NCBI RefSeq assembly: GCF_964204645.1 | Contig: NC_134031.1 | Location: 7,502,001-7,566,000 of the forward strand | DNA from: Tubulanus polymorphus | Lineage: Eukaryota; Animalia; Nemertea | DNA: 64,000 bases | Direction: 5' to 3' | Shown: piece by piece, positions 1 through 12,605 of the stretch | How the letters are laid out: the number at the start of each line of letters is the position of its first letter | How positions within the stretch are numbered: position 1 is the stretch's first letter | Translations under genes and position numbers: made by a program | Notes under the pieces: generated by a model | Told to the model about the DNA's origin: nothing | Database searches by the model: none | Seen by the model: the letters and a program-made list of their open reading frames with translations, nothing else

Positions 1-1
1 T

Positions 2-1306
2 TTAAATTCATTAATTGCTTTATATATTTATGTTACTGAAACTAATTATTTTAATGTTAAGATGGGAAATATATTTCATGTGTATACAATTAATTTCAAA
101 AATTTAAATGAGGCAAAACAATGGTTATTAAAATCTAATATGAAGTATTGGCAGAACCAATTAAATGTTGCTGTTTATTGTGCAACAACAGGATGTGGAA
201 TTAGTTGGAATGATCATTTAAACAAACCAAGTTTACCATTGATGTTATCACTCTTTAGATTTCATACATACTTTCAAACAATATTAATATTAGATGAATT
301 AGAATGTCCTTTACCAGGTTCAAAATTTTTTAAAGAATTGAATAATAATATTAATTTTTCTAAGGTTATAAAATATGTAATGAATTTAATATTAATTCAA
401 ATAAAGATTTTAGAGCCAAAATTGGAACAATGGGTGGATTAGGAATATTATATACTAAAGAATTTGGAAAAATAATGGCAAATTCAGATATAAGAACACT
501 AAATTGGAATGAATTACCAAAATATTATAATAATATACAACAACAAAACAATAATTGTTGGGTTAATTTCATTTTAGAAAATAGTGAAGGTTTTACTAAA
601 GCTGGAATACAAAGAATAAATCAATCTATTAGAACTTATTTGATATGTATTTTAGGCGCGCAAGTTGAAACAAGATCACCAATAGTTGGAAATGATAACA
701 CTTCATTCGATGCGCAGAAACAATTCAAAGTATTATTTGAAGATTTAATTCATAATGATAAAAATAGATCGATTCCAGAAAACATTGTAAGATATCAAAA
801 TTCTTTAGATAGTATTATTTGAAGATTCAATTCATAATGATAAAAATAGATCGATTCCAGAAAACATTGTAAGATATCAAAATTATTTAGATAAATCTCA
901 TGTAAGACTAAATTATTGTATAGGCCCTAATCTATTAATTATTTCTAATGATTTAGTATTAAAGATGGGAAATATAATTGGTTATAATAATCTAATTAAA
1001 ACTGCAACAATAAATAATTCATTTGGATTGAATGATATAAATAAAAAGATAATTACTGCTCCCAAATTAATGGAAGGTGAAAAAAATAAAAAACACATTC
1101 AATCAACTGAAGCTAAAACTAAAAATATTAAATTGGATAATGATTCTAAAATAAAAGATTACAATACTACAGAAAATATTAAAACTGATAATATTCAACA
1201 TGAAATAATTAAACTAAATGATGATAATAAATCCCATGAAAATGCTAAATTAGCTTTAACTTTTATAGGAATTGTAATCGGAGGAATATTATATTTTAAA
1301 TTTTAA
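2..1306 (+). pseudogene. Polinton-associated hypothetical protein with C-terminal transmembrane anchor (frameshifted, 5' end outside window)
   Basis: ORF pieces 62-442, 430-822 and 965-1306 join across frameshifts; the first frame is open from base 2. The motif WQNQLNVAVYCATTGCGIS...FRFHTYF...PLPG is recalled from invertebrate Polinton proteins. Ends in hydrophobic LALTFIGIVIGGILYFKF. Confidence 0.65.
729..892 (+). repeat. 82-bp tandem duplication
   Basis: agtattatttgaagatt...tttagat at 729-810 and 811-892 with two substitutions; shifts the reading frame. Confidence 0.9.
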
Positions 1307-2458
1307 TTTTTTTATTATATAAATGGATGTAGAAATTCCATTGGATCCTTTAGATGAACCTTCTAATTCTAATTTACCTACACTTGAATATATTGATAAA
1401 GCACGTTCAAAGATAAATACTGAAAATGAAGTTACAGAAATAACAAAAAAAGAATTAAAATATGACAATTTAACTGATAAATTCAAACCAATATTAGAAA
1501 AATCTGGATTCAATATAACAAATGAAGGTGTGAATTATTTAGTAAAAGATTTGAAATATTTAAATGGTGATTATTATTGGAATTTGAAAGATGACTATTA
1601 TTTTAAGATTTCTTCTAATTAAAGTCTCGATAAAATAATAACAAAATCAACTTTTATTAAATTAGAACAATCTAGAATTAAGAAAATCAATAATGATGTT
1701 ATAACTGATGTTACAAAAGAAGAGATAACTCTAAATAGATGGGAATTTAATCGAAGAAATGATGATTTTTTGAAGATAATTAATGAAAATTTAGAACCAA
1801 AAACAATTCCTAAAGAAGTTGATAATTCCAAAACTAGTAAAAGTCAAATCAACCGAAGTTCAAACTGAAAAACTTTTACAAAATGGGTTACTTGATGCAA
1901 CAGATCAAGAATTAGAAGATTTAAATATATTTTCTGATGAAGCAATTAGAGAAATTATTAGTATGATTAAATTATTATTAGTTATAGAAATGAAGCTGAT
2001 AAAATTGCACATAATAAAAGTATAAGAGATATTAAAATTAGAACTTTAGAAAAAGAATTAACTGATAAAAATAAAGAAATAGAACAATTAAAGTCTGATC
2101 TTGATCGTCAAGTAATTGATGAAATGGAATATAGGCAAAAAGAATTACGTTTAGAAAAAGAAATTAATAATTTAAAAGATAATTTAGAAGTACAGAAAGA
2201 AGAAATTAAATCATTATTAAAATCATATGATTATAATATTAATAGATTAAAAGTTATTTTTAAAAATTTGTTGATAAAACCAAATTCTGAAATATCATTG
2301 AAAGATAGAATAAAATTATTATTTAAATTAGAAGGAATAACAATTCTTTCAATTCTAACAGCTGTAACTATGTTATTTACAACAATAGGTTTAGCTATAT
2401 CAAATTCATTAAAATCTACACCCAATAAACCGGATAAACCCCCAGATAATAATAATTC

Positions 2459-2792
2459 TGATATATAGAATGTATGTTAATAATAATTTACAGGCAGTAC
2501 TGTTCCGTAAGACGAGTGCTCAGGACACATGACCTGATCAATCAAAGTCCTGTGTGCTGGTCATGTGGTCAGTACTGATAATAATGATAATATGTCTAGC
2601 CTTCTGGCTATTGTTTTAACACTCCTGATGACTTGGTCCTCATGGGTATAAAACCCAGAGACACACGTCGCTCTCTCTCTTTCTCTGACTCGTGGTCACT
2701 AACACTCAGCTCTCGCTTTGAGTACAACAATAAAATCACATTTTCTAACTATTAACCGTAGTTCTTACTTCTGAGCTAGGACCTCTATATCA
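2459..2792 (+). repeat. 5' LTR (334 bp)
   Basis: TG...CA with short terminal inverted repeat, TATAAAA at 2647, AATAAA near 2729; 2667-2792 is repeated at 13428-13549. Confidence 0.93.
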
Positions 2793-2794
2793 AC

Positions 2795-2804
2795 TGGTGG
2801 AGAA
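2795..2804 (+). promoter_or_regulatory. Primer-binding site, probably tRNA-Ala
   Basis: TGGTGGAGAA begins 2 nt after the LTR; complementary to the ...CUCCACCA 3' end typical of tRNA-Ala. Confidence 0.7.
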
Positions 2805-2952
2805 CCACGGTCTTGGTGAGTACGCTACTAATAATTTTTTTTTCTGTATACTAATTCGACCTTTCATTTTCAGCGTATTTTCTTGCTGTACCAAGCGAGT
2901 CCCTACTAGGATTACTATTTTCGATTAATGTGTAGCATTTTAATTGTTTTCT

Positions 2953-4236
2953 ATGGAGGTTCATACGGTTGTAACACAGTCCGACACTGGAAGTGAGGAC
3001 GATTCTAACACAGTTACGGTTAGGCCACCCCGTATTCAGAGAGAATACGTAACGTCGCATTCATTTAATCCATCCGCTGTCACTGCTGTTACTTTTGCCT
3101 CGAGTACCCCTCGGTCGACTGCTGATGTTCCATATTTGCGGCCTGCATTTGAGCCACCGGCAGTGCCGTCACCTCTAGTAGCACCGACGCCGAGCATGCA
3201 ATCGCCGATATATTCTGTGGCTACCCCACCTACACCACCGCCCCCATCTATCGCGTCGTATTGTCATGTGATCCCCAATAGGGCTGCAGAATATCAGGAC
3301 GACCTAAATCTTCTAGTTCACAGGCTCGAGAAGCCACTTTTCCATCCTCCTAAATTGGAGAAATTTTCAGGAAAATCTTCGAGAGATTTTTCAAGATTTA
3401 TTCGCGATTTTGAGGCGTTAGCGTCACTTAATCGGTGGAGTGATGGGGTGAGAGCGTCTGCTTTGTCCGCATATCTAACAGATATTGCGCGGGACCACTT
3501 TGATGATATAATATCGCAATATACTGGCCCCGGGACCCCTACGTATGCACATATTAAGGATGGTCTCCAGTCGAAGTTAGATCCAAATGACCTGTATTGG
3601 GTTCAGGAGCAGGCCCTGCTAGGTAGGAAACAAGGTCCTCATGAGCCCGTACGGTCATTTACGGAAGATCTGACATCTAAATTTTCTAAATTAGGAACCC
3701 CTCCCGTATCTAGGCTAAAGATATTTCTCGCAGGGTTAAGATCGGACCTTCGAAAATTCGTGCTAATACAACACCCCAAGTCGATTGATGAAGCCGTTAA
3801 TCACGCCCTCACGGCGGTGATAATTAATCAACTAGAAACCCCGCCTACTGTCAATGCAATTAGCAGCCCAGAGTCTGAAATTTTGAAGTCCCTAAAAGAG
3901 GGAATATCTTCTCTTCGTGCTGAAGTCTGTAGTATTCAATCCCAGAACAATAGGCCGACAGATGGGGGTGCCCAACGCAATTTACGTAGCACGACAGGTG
4001 AACCCATATGCGGTCGGTGTAAACGTTTAGGCCACACAGCTCACTACTGCAGGGACGGACAATCTTTTCGTGGACGACGGAACAATCACAACAATTATCA
4101 AAACACTTATCAGCCGCCCTCAAACTCATACACAAGGCACACAAACCAATACCAATCCCGCCATGCATCGCCGCGTAATTACGGAAACTATAACCATAGT
4201 ACTTCCGCCCAGAGGCCTCCGAATCAGGGAAACTAG
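2953..4236 (+). CDS. gag: Gag polyprotein
   Basis: Open frame (first ATG 2953), Pro-rich N-terminus, capsid-like region (KFSGK...F...FE...W; RKQGPHEPVRSF) and CX2CX4HX4C knuckle CGRCKRLGHTAHYC. Confidence 0.93.
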   Translation: MEVHTVVTQSDTGSEDDSNTVTVRPPRIQREYVTSHSFNPSAVTAVTFASSTPRSTADVPYLRPAFEPPAVPSPLVAPTPSMQSPIYSVATPPTPPPPSIASYCHVIPNRAAEYQDDLNLLVHRLEKPLFHPPKLEKFSGKSSRDFSRFIRDFEALASLNRWSDGVRASALSAYLTDIARDHFDDIISQYTGPGTPTYAHIKDGLQSKLDPNDLYWVQEQALLGRKQGPHEPVRSFTEDLTSKFSKLGTPPVSRLKIFLAGLRSDLRKFVLIQHPKSIDEAVNHALTAVIINQLETPPTVNAISSPESEILKSLKEGISSLRAEVCSIQSQNNRPTDGGAQRNLRSTTGEPICGRCKRLGHTAHYCRDGQSFRGRRNNHNNYQNTYQPPSNSYTRHTNQYQSRHASPRNYGNYNHSTSAQRPPNQGN

Positions 4237-4288
4237 ATTCAGCCCGTCATACGGTGGGTATAAGCGGGCTCAACATTACAAACCCCAC
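4227..4288 (+). promoter_or_regulatory. Programmed -1 ribosomal frameshift signal (gag-pol)
   Basis: G GGA AAC heptamer in the gag frame directly before TAG; the -1 frame is open into pol; stem AGCCCG(4241)/CGGGCT(4265) starts 7 nt downstream. Confidence 0.8.
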
Positions 4289-7200
4289 GCATCCTACACA
4301 ACAACATACCATATCAGAACCTACAATATCACATCAACTTCACCAACCAACTGGGTTACAAGATGAACCTATTATCCAGCCACGGGGAGTTGGTCAATAC
4401 GCTCATTTCACAAATGTAACCCGGACTGTGTCTCGATCGGCTTATGATGTGTTCTCAGAAGTGTTAACATACATAATCTTTTTCACTACCCTACTTTATT
4501 CCATTATATCGAAATGTGCTGATAACTTGGCCCACTTCTGGTTGTCGGGAAAACGACTGTTCAATATTTTCATAGATATTACACCTTTTATTTGCTTATC
4601 AATTATGTGGCGCCTGATACATTACATTTATTGCCTTAGGGACATTTCTCGCGATTACTTTTTTAACTTAATAAACTGGGTAGAGAAGAGTTTATTTGAA
4701 TCGGCTGTCATCCATGGACGGGATACTCCCCGAACTATTCTGGCTTCAGTGGCAAATTCTGTTCATGGGAAGATAGGCGGAAACACCGTCACTGTCCTTG
4801 TTGATAGTGGCAGTGAGATTACGGTTATCAGTCATTCTATATTTAAAAATTTGGTCTATTTCAAAGATAAGGAGTTATGTAGTGGATTTAGTACTAATGT
4901 ACATTCGGCCAATGGCTCTCCTATCAGAATGCTAGCAACTACAAACTTTCTACTTGAGATCGGTCAAGGAAAATTTGAAATACAAGCTTAAGTCGCAGCC
5001 GATTTGGCTTACGATGTTATATTAGGTATGGACTTTCTGACACCTCATGGTGCAATATCAGATCTGGGAACTGGTACTGTGCAATTTCCAGGGACCGAAC
5101 CTGTAGCATTGCAAAAACAGTTCGATTTAGTCCATGACGCTCGCGTCTGTGTTCAAGAAAGCGAAATTATTCCCCCTTTTACCGAAGTTATCATACCAGC
5201 TAAAGTGATAAAAAACGTACAAAACGGCACCGAATGTCTAATAGAGCCAAATACCAGGCTGCATAAAACGAATCTTGTCGGGGCAAAAGTAATTGCTTTA
5301 GTACAAGATCAGACAATTCCTTTCCGCATATGCAATCCAACTGTCAAAGCCATTAGGTTATACAAAAACACCAGGCTAGGTCATCTATCCACTGTACCGT
5401 TCAATGTAACGAACGATATCGTCAAAACCGAAAGGTCAACCAAATCCGGGGTATGCAATATCATCACATCTACTCCCAATTTTCATACGGATCCGCCAGA
5501 TGTCGATCTGACGGGCTCAAAACTAAGTAATCAGGAAAAACTGAGATTGTCAGATTTGCTAATGGAGTATCGCGATGTTTTTGCAAACAATGATAATGAA
5601 TTGGGCCACACCTCTTTAGTTAAACATACGATAAATGTTCAAGGACACCCACCAATAAGACAACGCGCGTATCGGAGGACCCCCAGAGATGAGACAAGTA
5701 GAGGAGATAGAGGTCGACAAGATGGTACGTGCCGGCATTATCCGAGAATCGAACTCACCATGGAGTAGTCCGGTCGTGCTAGTCAAAAAGAAAAATGGAC
5801 AGACTCGTTTTTGCGTGGACTACCGAAAGGTCAACGAGGTGACTCGGAAGGATTCATTCCCGATGCCTCGTTGTGACGACATAATTGATAGTCTAGGCAG
5901 TGCCCAACCAAAGTATTTTACTTCATTGGATTTACGCTCTGGTTATTGGCAATTAGAGGTTGATGAACATTCGAAACCAATTACCGCATTTACCTGTAGT
6001 CGTGGCCTATTTGAATTCAATCGTTTACCTTTCGGCTTATGTAATGCGCCTAGCACTTTTGAACGACTGATGGAAAACGTGCTACGAGGTATTAGCTGGA
6101 AAATATGTCTAATTTACCTCGATGATATCGTAGTGTTTTCCAATTCATTTGACGAACATTTGAATCATTTGGAGCAAGTTTTCCTACGCCTAAGGGAGGC
6201 TGGACTGACCTTGAAACCGTCTAAATGCAGATTCGCCATGGAGAGTATACTATACCTAGGGCATATTCTCAGTGCCAAGGGAGTCGAACCCGATCCTGAG
6301 AAATGCAAGGCAATTTTAGAATATCCAACTCCAAGAACGTTAAAAGATCTCAGATCATTTGTAGGCCTGGCTACATACTACAGGAAATTCGTCCCGAGAT
6401 TTAGCGAAATTTGCTCGCCTCTATATGCTTTGACCAGAAAAAACGCTAAATTCGAATGGACAGACGAGTGTTCACGAGCTTTTGAGTCCCTTAAATCTGC
6501 ACTTACTAACCCTTCGAACTTCACACTGACGCCAGCGCCACAGCTATCGGCATCGTTCTCTGCCAACGCATCAACAACGAGGAACGAGTCATAGCGTATG
6601 GCGGTCGCAACTTCCTCCCTAGAGAGCGAAATTGGGATACGACACAGCGTGAAATGGCTGCGAATATGGAGGGAATAAAGAAATTTAAGCCCTACCTGCA
6701 TGGTCGACGATTCCGTGTGGTCACAGACCACAACGCCCTTAGGTGGCTCATGTCACTTAAAGAACCCCAAGGACGCCTTTGCCGCTGGGCAATGACACTC
6801 CAAGAATATGACATGGAAATCGTCCACCGCGCAGGCCGAGTTCATAGTAACGCTGACGCCCTCTCAAGACGGCAATACAAAAACCCCCTAGAAGTGGACC
6901 CAAATCCAGAAACGATTGTCCCCAACAATGAATTGACTGACGCGCCACGTGACAGTGTACCGTTGATGTGCCAAGCCCAACGTGATGACCCTTATTCATT
7001 GGACCTAATCAATTATTTAGACAAACGCGACCTACCGGTGGATGATAAGATAGCCCGAGAAGTCGTATTACTGTCAGAATTTTACTCTCTCAGACCAAAT
7101 GGCTTGTTATGTCGTAAACAGACGCGGCTGTTGAAAGGTTTAATGAATGCGCCTCGTTATCAAATCTATCTACCTGTTGCGCTCAGAGAAGACATCCTGA

Positions 7201-8488
7201 CTGCCTATCATGACGATGTCACAGGTGGCCATTTTGGCTTTGATAAGACATATGACAAGATAAGATCGACGTACTACTGGCCTGGAATGTATGATGATAT
7301 TTTACATTGGGTCAAATCGTGTGTACCGTGTAACACCAAGAAAGTCCCCAAGCATAAAGTTGTAGCGCCACAGATACCGATTCCAGCGGTCGAGGCCCCA
7401 TTCGATCGGATAGCGATAGATTGTATTGGTCCAATTCACACGTCAAAACGAGGAAATCGATACATAGTTGTCATCACGGAGTACTTGACTAGATGGGCTG
7501 AAGCATTTCCTACTAAATCAATCACGGCCCCAGTCATAGCACGACTTCTGTTTAACGAAATATTTTGCAGGCATGGTTCAGCTGGCACTATTTTAAGTGA
7601 CAGAGGCACTAATTTTCTATCTGCATTAGTAAAGGAATTATGTATGCTTTGTGGTACGAAACAAGCACGTACTTCATCTTATCACCCTTGTACTGATGGC
7701 CTCTCAGAGAAATACAATGGGACCCTAGTACAAGGAATAAGTATGTTCGGTAATTCGCACCAAACTGATTGGGATGATTTCATCCAACCATTACTTTTCG
7801 CTTACAGGACGTCTGTCATAAAGAGTACTGGGTATACGCCATTTTACCTGATGCATGGTCGGGAGGCCCGAATGCCTACTGACACGTCACTTTTACCACC
7901 AGAGCACGAGTTTCACACAGCTCATGACTGGGTAAAGAGACCGCGTCCAATCTTATTCAGGCCAGAAAATGGGCAAAAGAGAATTTGGAACAAACGCAAG
8001 AAAGAACCAAAATACAACACGATAAGCGTTTTAAGGTCACGGAGCCGGTATACGCGGAGGGTGACTTCGTTTGGCTTCACAATTCTAAAAACATTAAGGG
8101 CCTGACTAAGAAACTACTTCATCCCTATCACGGTCCCTATATAATTAGTAAAAAGGTTTCACCCGTGAACTATATTTTAAAGACCCTTGCCGGTAGAGTA
8201 TTAAGGGCTCCAGTTCATGCTAATCGTTTAAAGGTGTATACCCACACTCGAGACCGTGCGATTGGGCTGCCTGTAACCGTTAGCGACAATACGGACAATA
8301 ATGATAATAATTTTTCAGATCCAAATGATGATATTTTCCCCGTAGATTGCATTCTCAAGAAACGCACGCGTAAAGGCGTTCGACAATACCTTGTCAAATG
8401 GGCTGGCGACTTCCCGCATTCATGGGAACCAGCCAGCAATATCCTAGATCGACGACTCATCGATGATTTTGAGAAGAACCAGCACTAA
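4230..8488 (+). pseudogene. pol: Pol polyprotein (protease, RT, RNase H, integrase, chromodomain), disrupted
   Basis: LVDSGS protease; RFCVDYRKVN/LPFGL/YLDD RT; HTDAS RNase H; HHCC + DDE integrase; GPY module; terminal chromodomain (VDCILKKR...QYLVKWAG...SWEPASNI). Lesions: TAA at 4989-4991, frameshift near 5680, frameshift with apparent deletion near 6511, frameshift near 7935. Confidence 0.95.
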
Positions 8489-8548
8489 ATCAATAATTGG
8501 ATCGATTTCTCTCTATTACAGGTTTCATTTTTTCTGTCATTCCAGAAG

Positions 8549-11072
8549 ATGTCTACGATCACTACTTTACTTGTTCTAACCCTGTTAGTGGGTGCTGGCA
8601 CGGAAAAGGCTGCTGAAAAGATAATCCTGAGAAAGGACTATGGGGTCCTGTTTACGGAACAGGGACAGGTTGACAATGCTGGCTCCGTATGGAGCCACAC
8701 ATATTCTATTCCTTGGCTGCGGTATCCGCTGCCGCATTTTAAAACACCTGATTCTCCGGCTAATCCGGACAGGGCATGCCAGCACCTACAGCAGGCAATA
8801 ATAGCTTTAGCAAAGCAAAGAAACAACTCGGCGGCTAGTTTTGAGACGACCTTAAACGAAATAAAATCACTCATGCCGGCTAGGACCAAACCTCTTCTGG
8901 CAGATCCAAACGTGGACTTTTTAATTTTGTTGGAAGCGTGTCGAAGAGTTTGTTTGGTACAGCCACCGAAAGCGAAGTGAGCGAGATCCGGAACCACATA
9001 GGCAGATTAGAAAAAGCATCTGAATTGGTAAAAAACGAAGTCATTCGTCAAGGTCGGGAGATGTCTTCCTTTATGAATGTGACATCATCCCGCCTGGATA
9101 ACATTGTTGAGGGTGTGCGAAACAATCACGCTCTCATAAGTAATATCCAGGGTAACCTAATCAAACTCTCCAAATTCGCCGGACAAAACAGGGTACGGAT
9201 CTCGGACATGGAAACTTCACTACTAGCCATGAGTGATTTCTTACAGTATTTTTCCTCGGTGCTAGAGGTGTCTGCACAATATTCTATGGAGGTACACAAA
9301 TGGCTGGCCGGCGTGCAGAACCTAATTGATGGGTATCTACCGATCAATCTGGTACCATCGCACGTAATTTCAAAAACGATCGGCACAATTCGAGATCTTC
9401 TTTCGATACATTATCCTGGATTCACGATTTCGTATTCGAATCCAGGCCACTACTATCAAGTGCGAAACGTCCTCTATACGAGGACGGACAAGGCAATATA
9501 CATTAATGTAAAATTTCCGATATCGGAAACCAGTACCGTTTTCAATGTATATTCCATCTCTGGAATGCCCGTGCCGGTCAACGCGTCCTCTCACAATTGC
9601 ACGTTGATTAAAAACCTCCCTGACTATATCGGTGTATCCCATTCCGGTGATTTTTATACAGAATTTAATTCCAAAGAATTCATACAATGTGAAGGAAAGG
9701 GAATTAAAGTCTGCCCCACTGCACAATCACTGCGTTCACGAGCCGTGCCGTCGTGTGCCAGTGGACTATTCTTTAATAATCATAAACACGTAATGAAATT
9801 TTGTGACATAAGGTACCAGGAGTCAGGCTTGAGGGGGCTCTCGACCTCGGTTCCGGGTCATATTTGGTAAGTGGACGAGAGGCCTCTTGGTCAATGGCCT
9901 GCCCTGGTAAACCTGCACAAGTCATCCTTTCTTGCACCATGTGTCTGATACGGTTACCATGCGGTTGCGGAATGACATCGGCCACATTCAAAATTCCCGC
10001 CAAAATAAGTAGTTGCCATAATTCCACCACTACACCGATATACTCGCACCCCGTTAATCTTCCAGTAATATTATCTTTCTTTAATCATATGACCCTCGAC
10101 TGGAAGAGGAAACTTTTGGACCCTGCTACGCACTCCTCGAAAATTCACCAGGTTGTCCTCCCCGAAATCAAACTCATCAGGGATAAATGGGAGAATGTAG
10201 CGCACGCAGACCGGGGCTTTCAGACAGATTTCAAAAAGATTGCCGAAAGAGGCCACAAGAAAGTGGAACTCTTCGCCACCCAGGCGGATGCACTGGCTGC
10301 CCCACTGCTGAGCTCGAGCCATATGAGCTAATTTCTTTATCCCTGGTGTCTCTCAATCCCAATTTCTTAGCTATCTGTCACTTTCCTTAAGTAGTCTTTC
10401 TACCGTTGGTGTCGGTTACTTGCTTTGGACAAGAAGGGCAGGAGCTGCACTTTTTACTCCAGTGGCTACCAGCGCCTTGCCTACCATGGTTTCCGAATAA
10501 GCATAAACGAATCATTTAATTTCTTACCGCCATCACGAGCTGAGCTTCCGTCAGTGAACTCGTCCGATTCGGTTAATCCACTTTTATTTTTCAACGAATT
10601 CTCTGAGCAGGTACAATCAAATACGCACTCAATCCTCCTGGTGTTAATTGGGTTCATCCTTATCCGATGTGCTATATCCACGTTGAGTAGTATGAGATCC
10701 TTGCTACGGAATCAACGCAGGGGGTGTTCATTAGTTTTAAATTTATCATCCCTGGACGACTGCATTAATATAGTAATACGTGAGTTGCCAGATTGCCCTC
10801 ACGCCTACTTTATCAATGAGGTCCCCAAGAGAATTTTAATCATGGTCAAGTCGAATTGGTTTCCTTATCTGATTACCGAATGGCATGAACACCACCTGTT
10901 GACCGCCAGATCAAATACACTTCGTGTGATAAAACTAAATAGGTCCACGAGAATTTCGTGGATCCAATTTTTCAGAGTCTCGAAAATTATCAACGCGAAT
11001 TTTGACACCTACCTATACCTGGCGTGCCCAGATGGCTGGATGATACCACTACCCAAATCACGTGCTGTTTGA
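8549..11072 (+). pseudogene. env: Envelope glycoprotein, class I F-type fusion protein, frameshifted
   Basis: Signal peptide MSTITTLLVLTLLVGAG; furin site RSKR (8902-8913) followed by fusion-peptide-like GLFNFVGSVSKSLFGTAT; heptad region; Cys-rich region; hydrophobic segment near 10365-10430. Spread over ORFs 8549-8980, 8938-9870, 9864-10331 and 10425-11072; whether the last belongs to env is inferred. Confidence 0.85.
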
Positions 11073-12605
11073 AAACAAAAATCGGTGATACTAGAAATTG
11101 TATTTTAATGTTATATTTTAGGGTCTCAATATCTTTCGTTTCATAAAGGAATGAATGATTTCAGCGACGACCCATGTCTACAATGCTACCTCTAGGTTTT
11201 GTTTTAGTTTGTATATAACTTATAGATAATAATAATATCACTAATAATTATTTTGGTAATTCTGCATACACGACACTGATTCTTTTGGGTACGTAAAGAG
11301 GTTGTGTTGCTGCAAGTTTCGTATATATATACATATATACATATATATTATCCTAGCGACGGCCATCATACTTCGGGTTGGTTGCGGCTCGGATACGTAG
11401 TAAGCCTTATGTTGAAGATGTCATTTACCGCGTGGACTGAGGCGCCTAGACTTACTGATGTCAACCACAGTCGATGCCACACACAGGGTCTGCATCGAGA
11501 TGACCGGATGTCGCGAATCTCACCACTAATCAACACTGTACGAACACGCAATAAGTTCGTAAGCATCAACCGTCAATATGATGATGCTCACAATGAAGGT
11601 GGTGTGAGGCCGGCGTCCTACCCTATTTCAACAATGATGGTTCCGATGGTGCTTTCAAACCGTATTTCAACAATGATGGTCCGTTCAAACCGTATTTCAA
11701 CGATGATGATCTGTTTCAAACTCATATCAGGCTGGTGATGACGACACTCAACGCCCAGTACAGTACCGCGGCTAGACATAAGGCTAACCTTCCATCCGTG
11801 TCCGTTTCCAGGTTCTGGGGTTGCGTCTCTCGCTGGGATATTATCGTTTCGGTATTTTGTGCACTAGCCTCTTTACTTTCCCACTGGAGAAGGCCGGCTC
11901 CAGACACAGAAAATTGGCCTGCGTGAGTTATATTTATTCATTGAGGGGTTCGCGCCTCTCCCCTCCACAGAAAAAGAGGGTGGGCCGTTGCATCATTCTC
12001 AGGACATATTTGGTTTTTCCTTAACACCAAATTCTAATCATTGTATTAAAGAAAAAAAAATAAATAAATGACCAACTAAGTAACTAGAATGAAATAAAGT
12101 GATGCTTTCAAGTAGTGCGCAATTAGAATTATTGTATGAAAAAAAAACACTTATAACTAGTGCATTATCCTGCACGACATTTTTATTGTTTACTCCTATC
12201 ATGTTATTGTTTGCTTCTGGAGAGAGAGCAAGTGACCAGTTTATATGTATATCTTATCGTTTATATCTATTTCTCAGTGGTGACCAACATATGAATTTAT
12301 GTATTTACATTTGGATAACGAAGTGGAAACATGTTTATTTAACAATTATATTAGTTTAGAGCTTTACATAAATGGGTTTATACTACCTGTGGGTCAGATA
12401 AGGCCGTTGGAACAAGTTTTGTTTTGTTTTGCAAGCCACATGGCAGTCCGTTATTCTTGTTTGGCTATGTTCCTGGATCTGGCAACCGTTGGGATTTCAA
12501 ATCTTACAACGGTGAGGTTCGATTCCTCACAGGCTCAAGTGATTTTCAACATTTACTTTCGGAATCGTTCGTCGTGCTTGCTACTATCTAAATTTTGTTG
12601 CGATT

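Noticed and set aside
4989-4991. In-frame TAA in pol as programmed readthrough
   Set aside because: It lies inside the protease domain in a copy with other lesions; a nonsense mutation is simpler.
3860-10322. Minus-strand and alternative-frame ORFs overlapping gag/pol/env (e.g. 3860-4168, 6378-6731, 8638-8997, 9370-9726)
   Set aside because: Shadows of the plus-strand coding sequence with no recognisable motifs.
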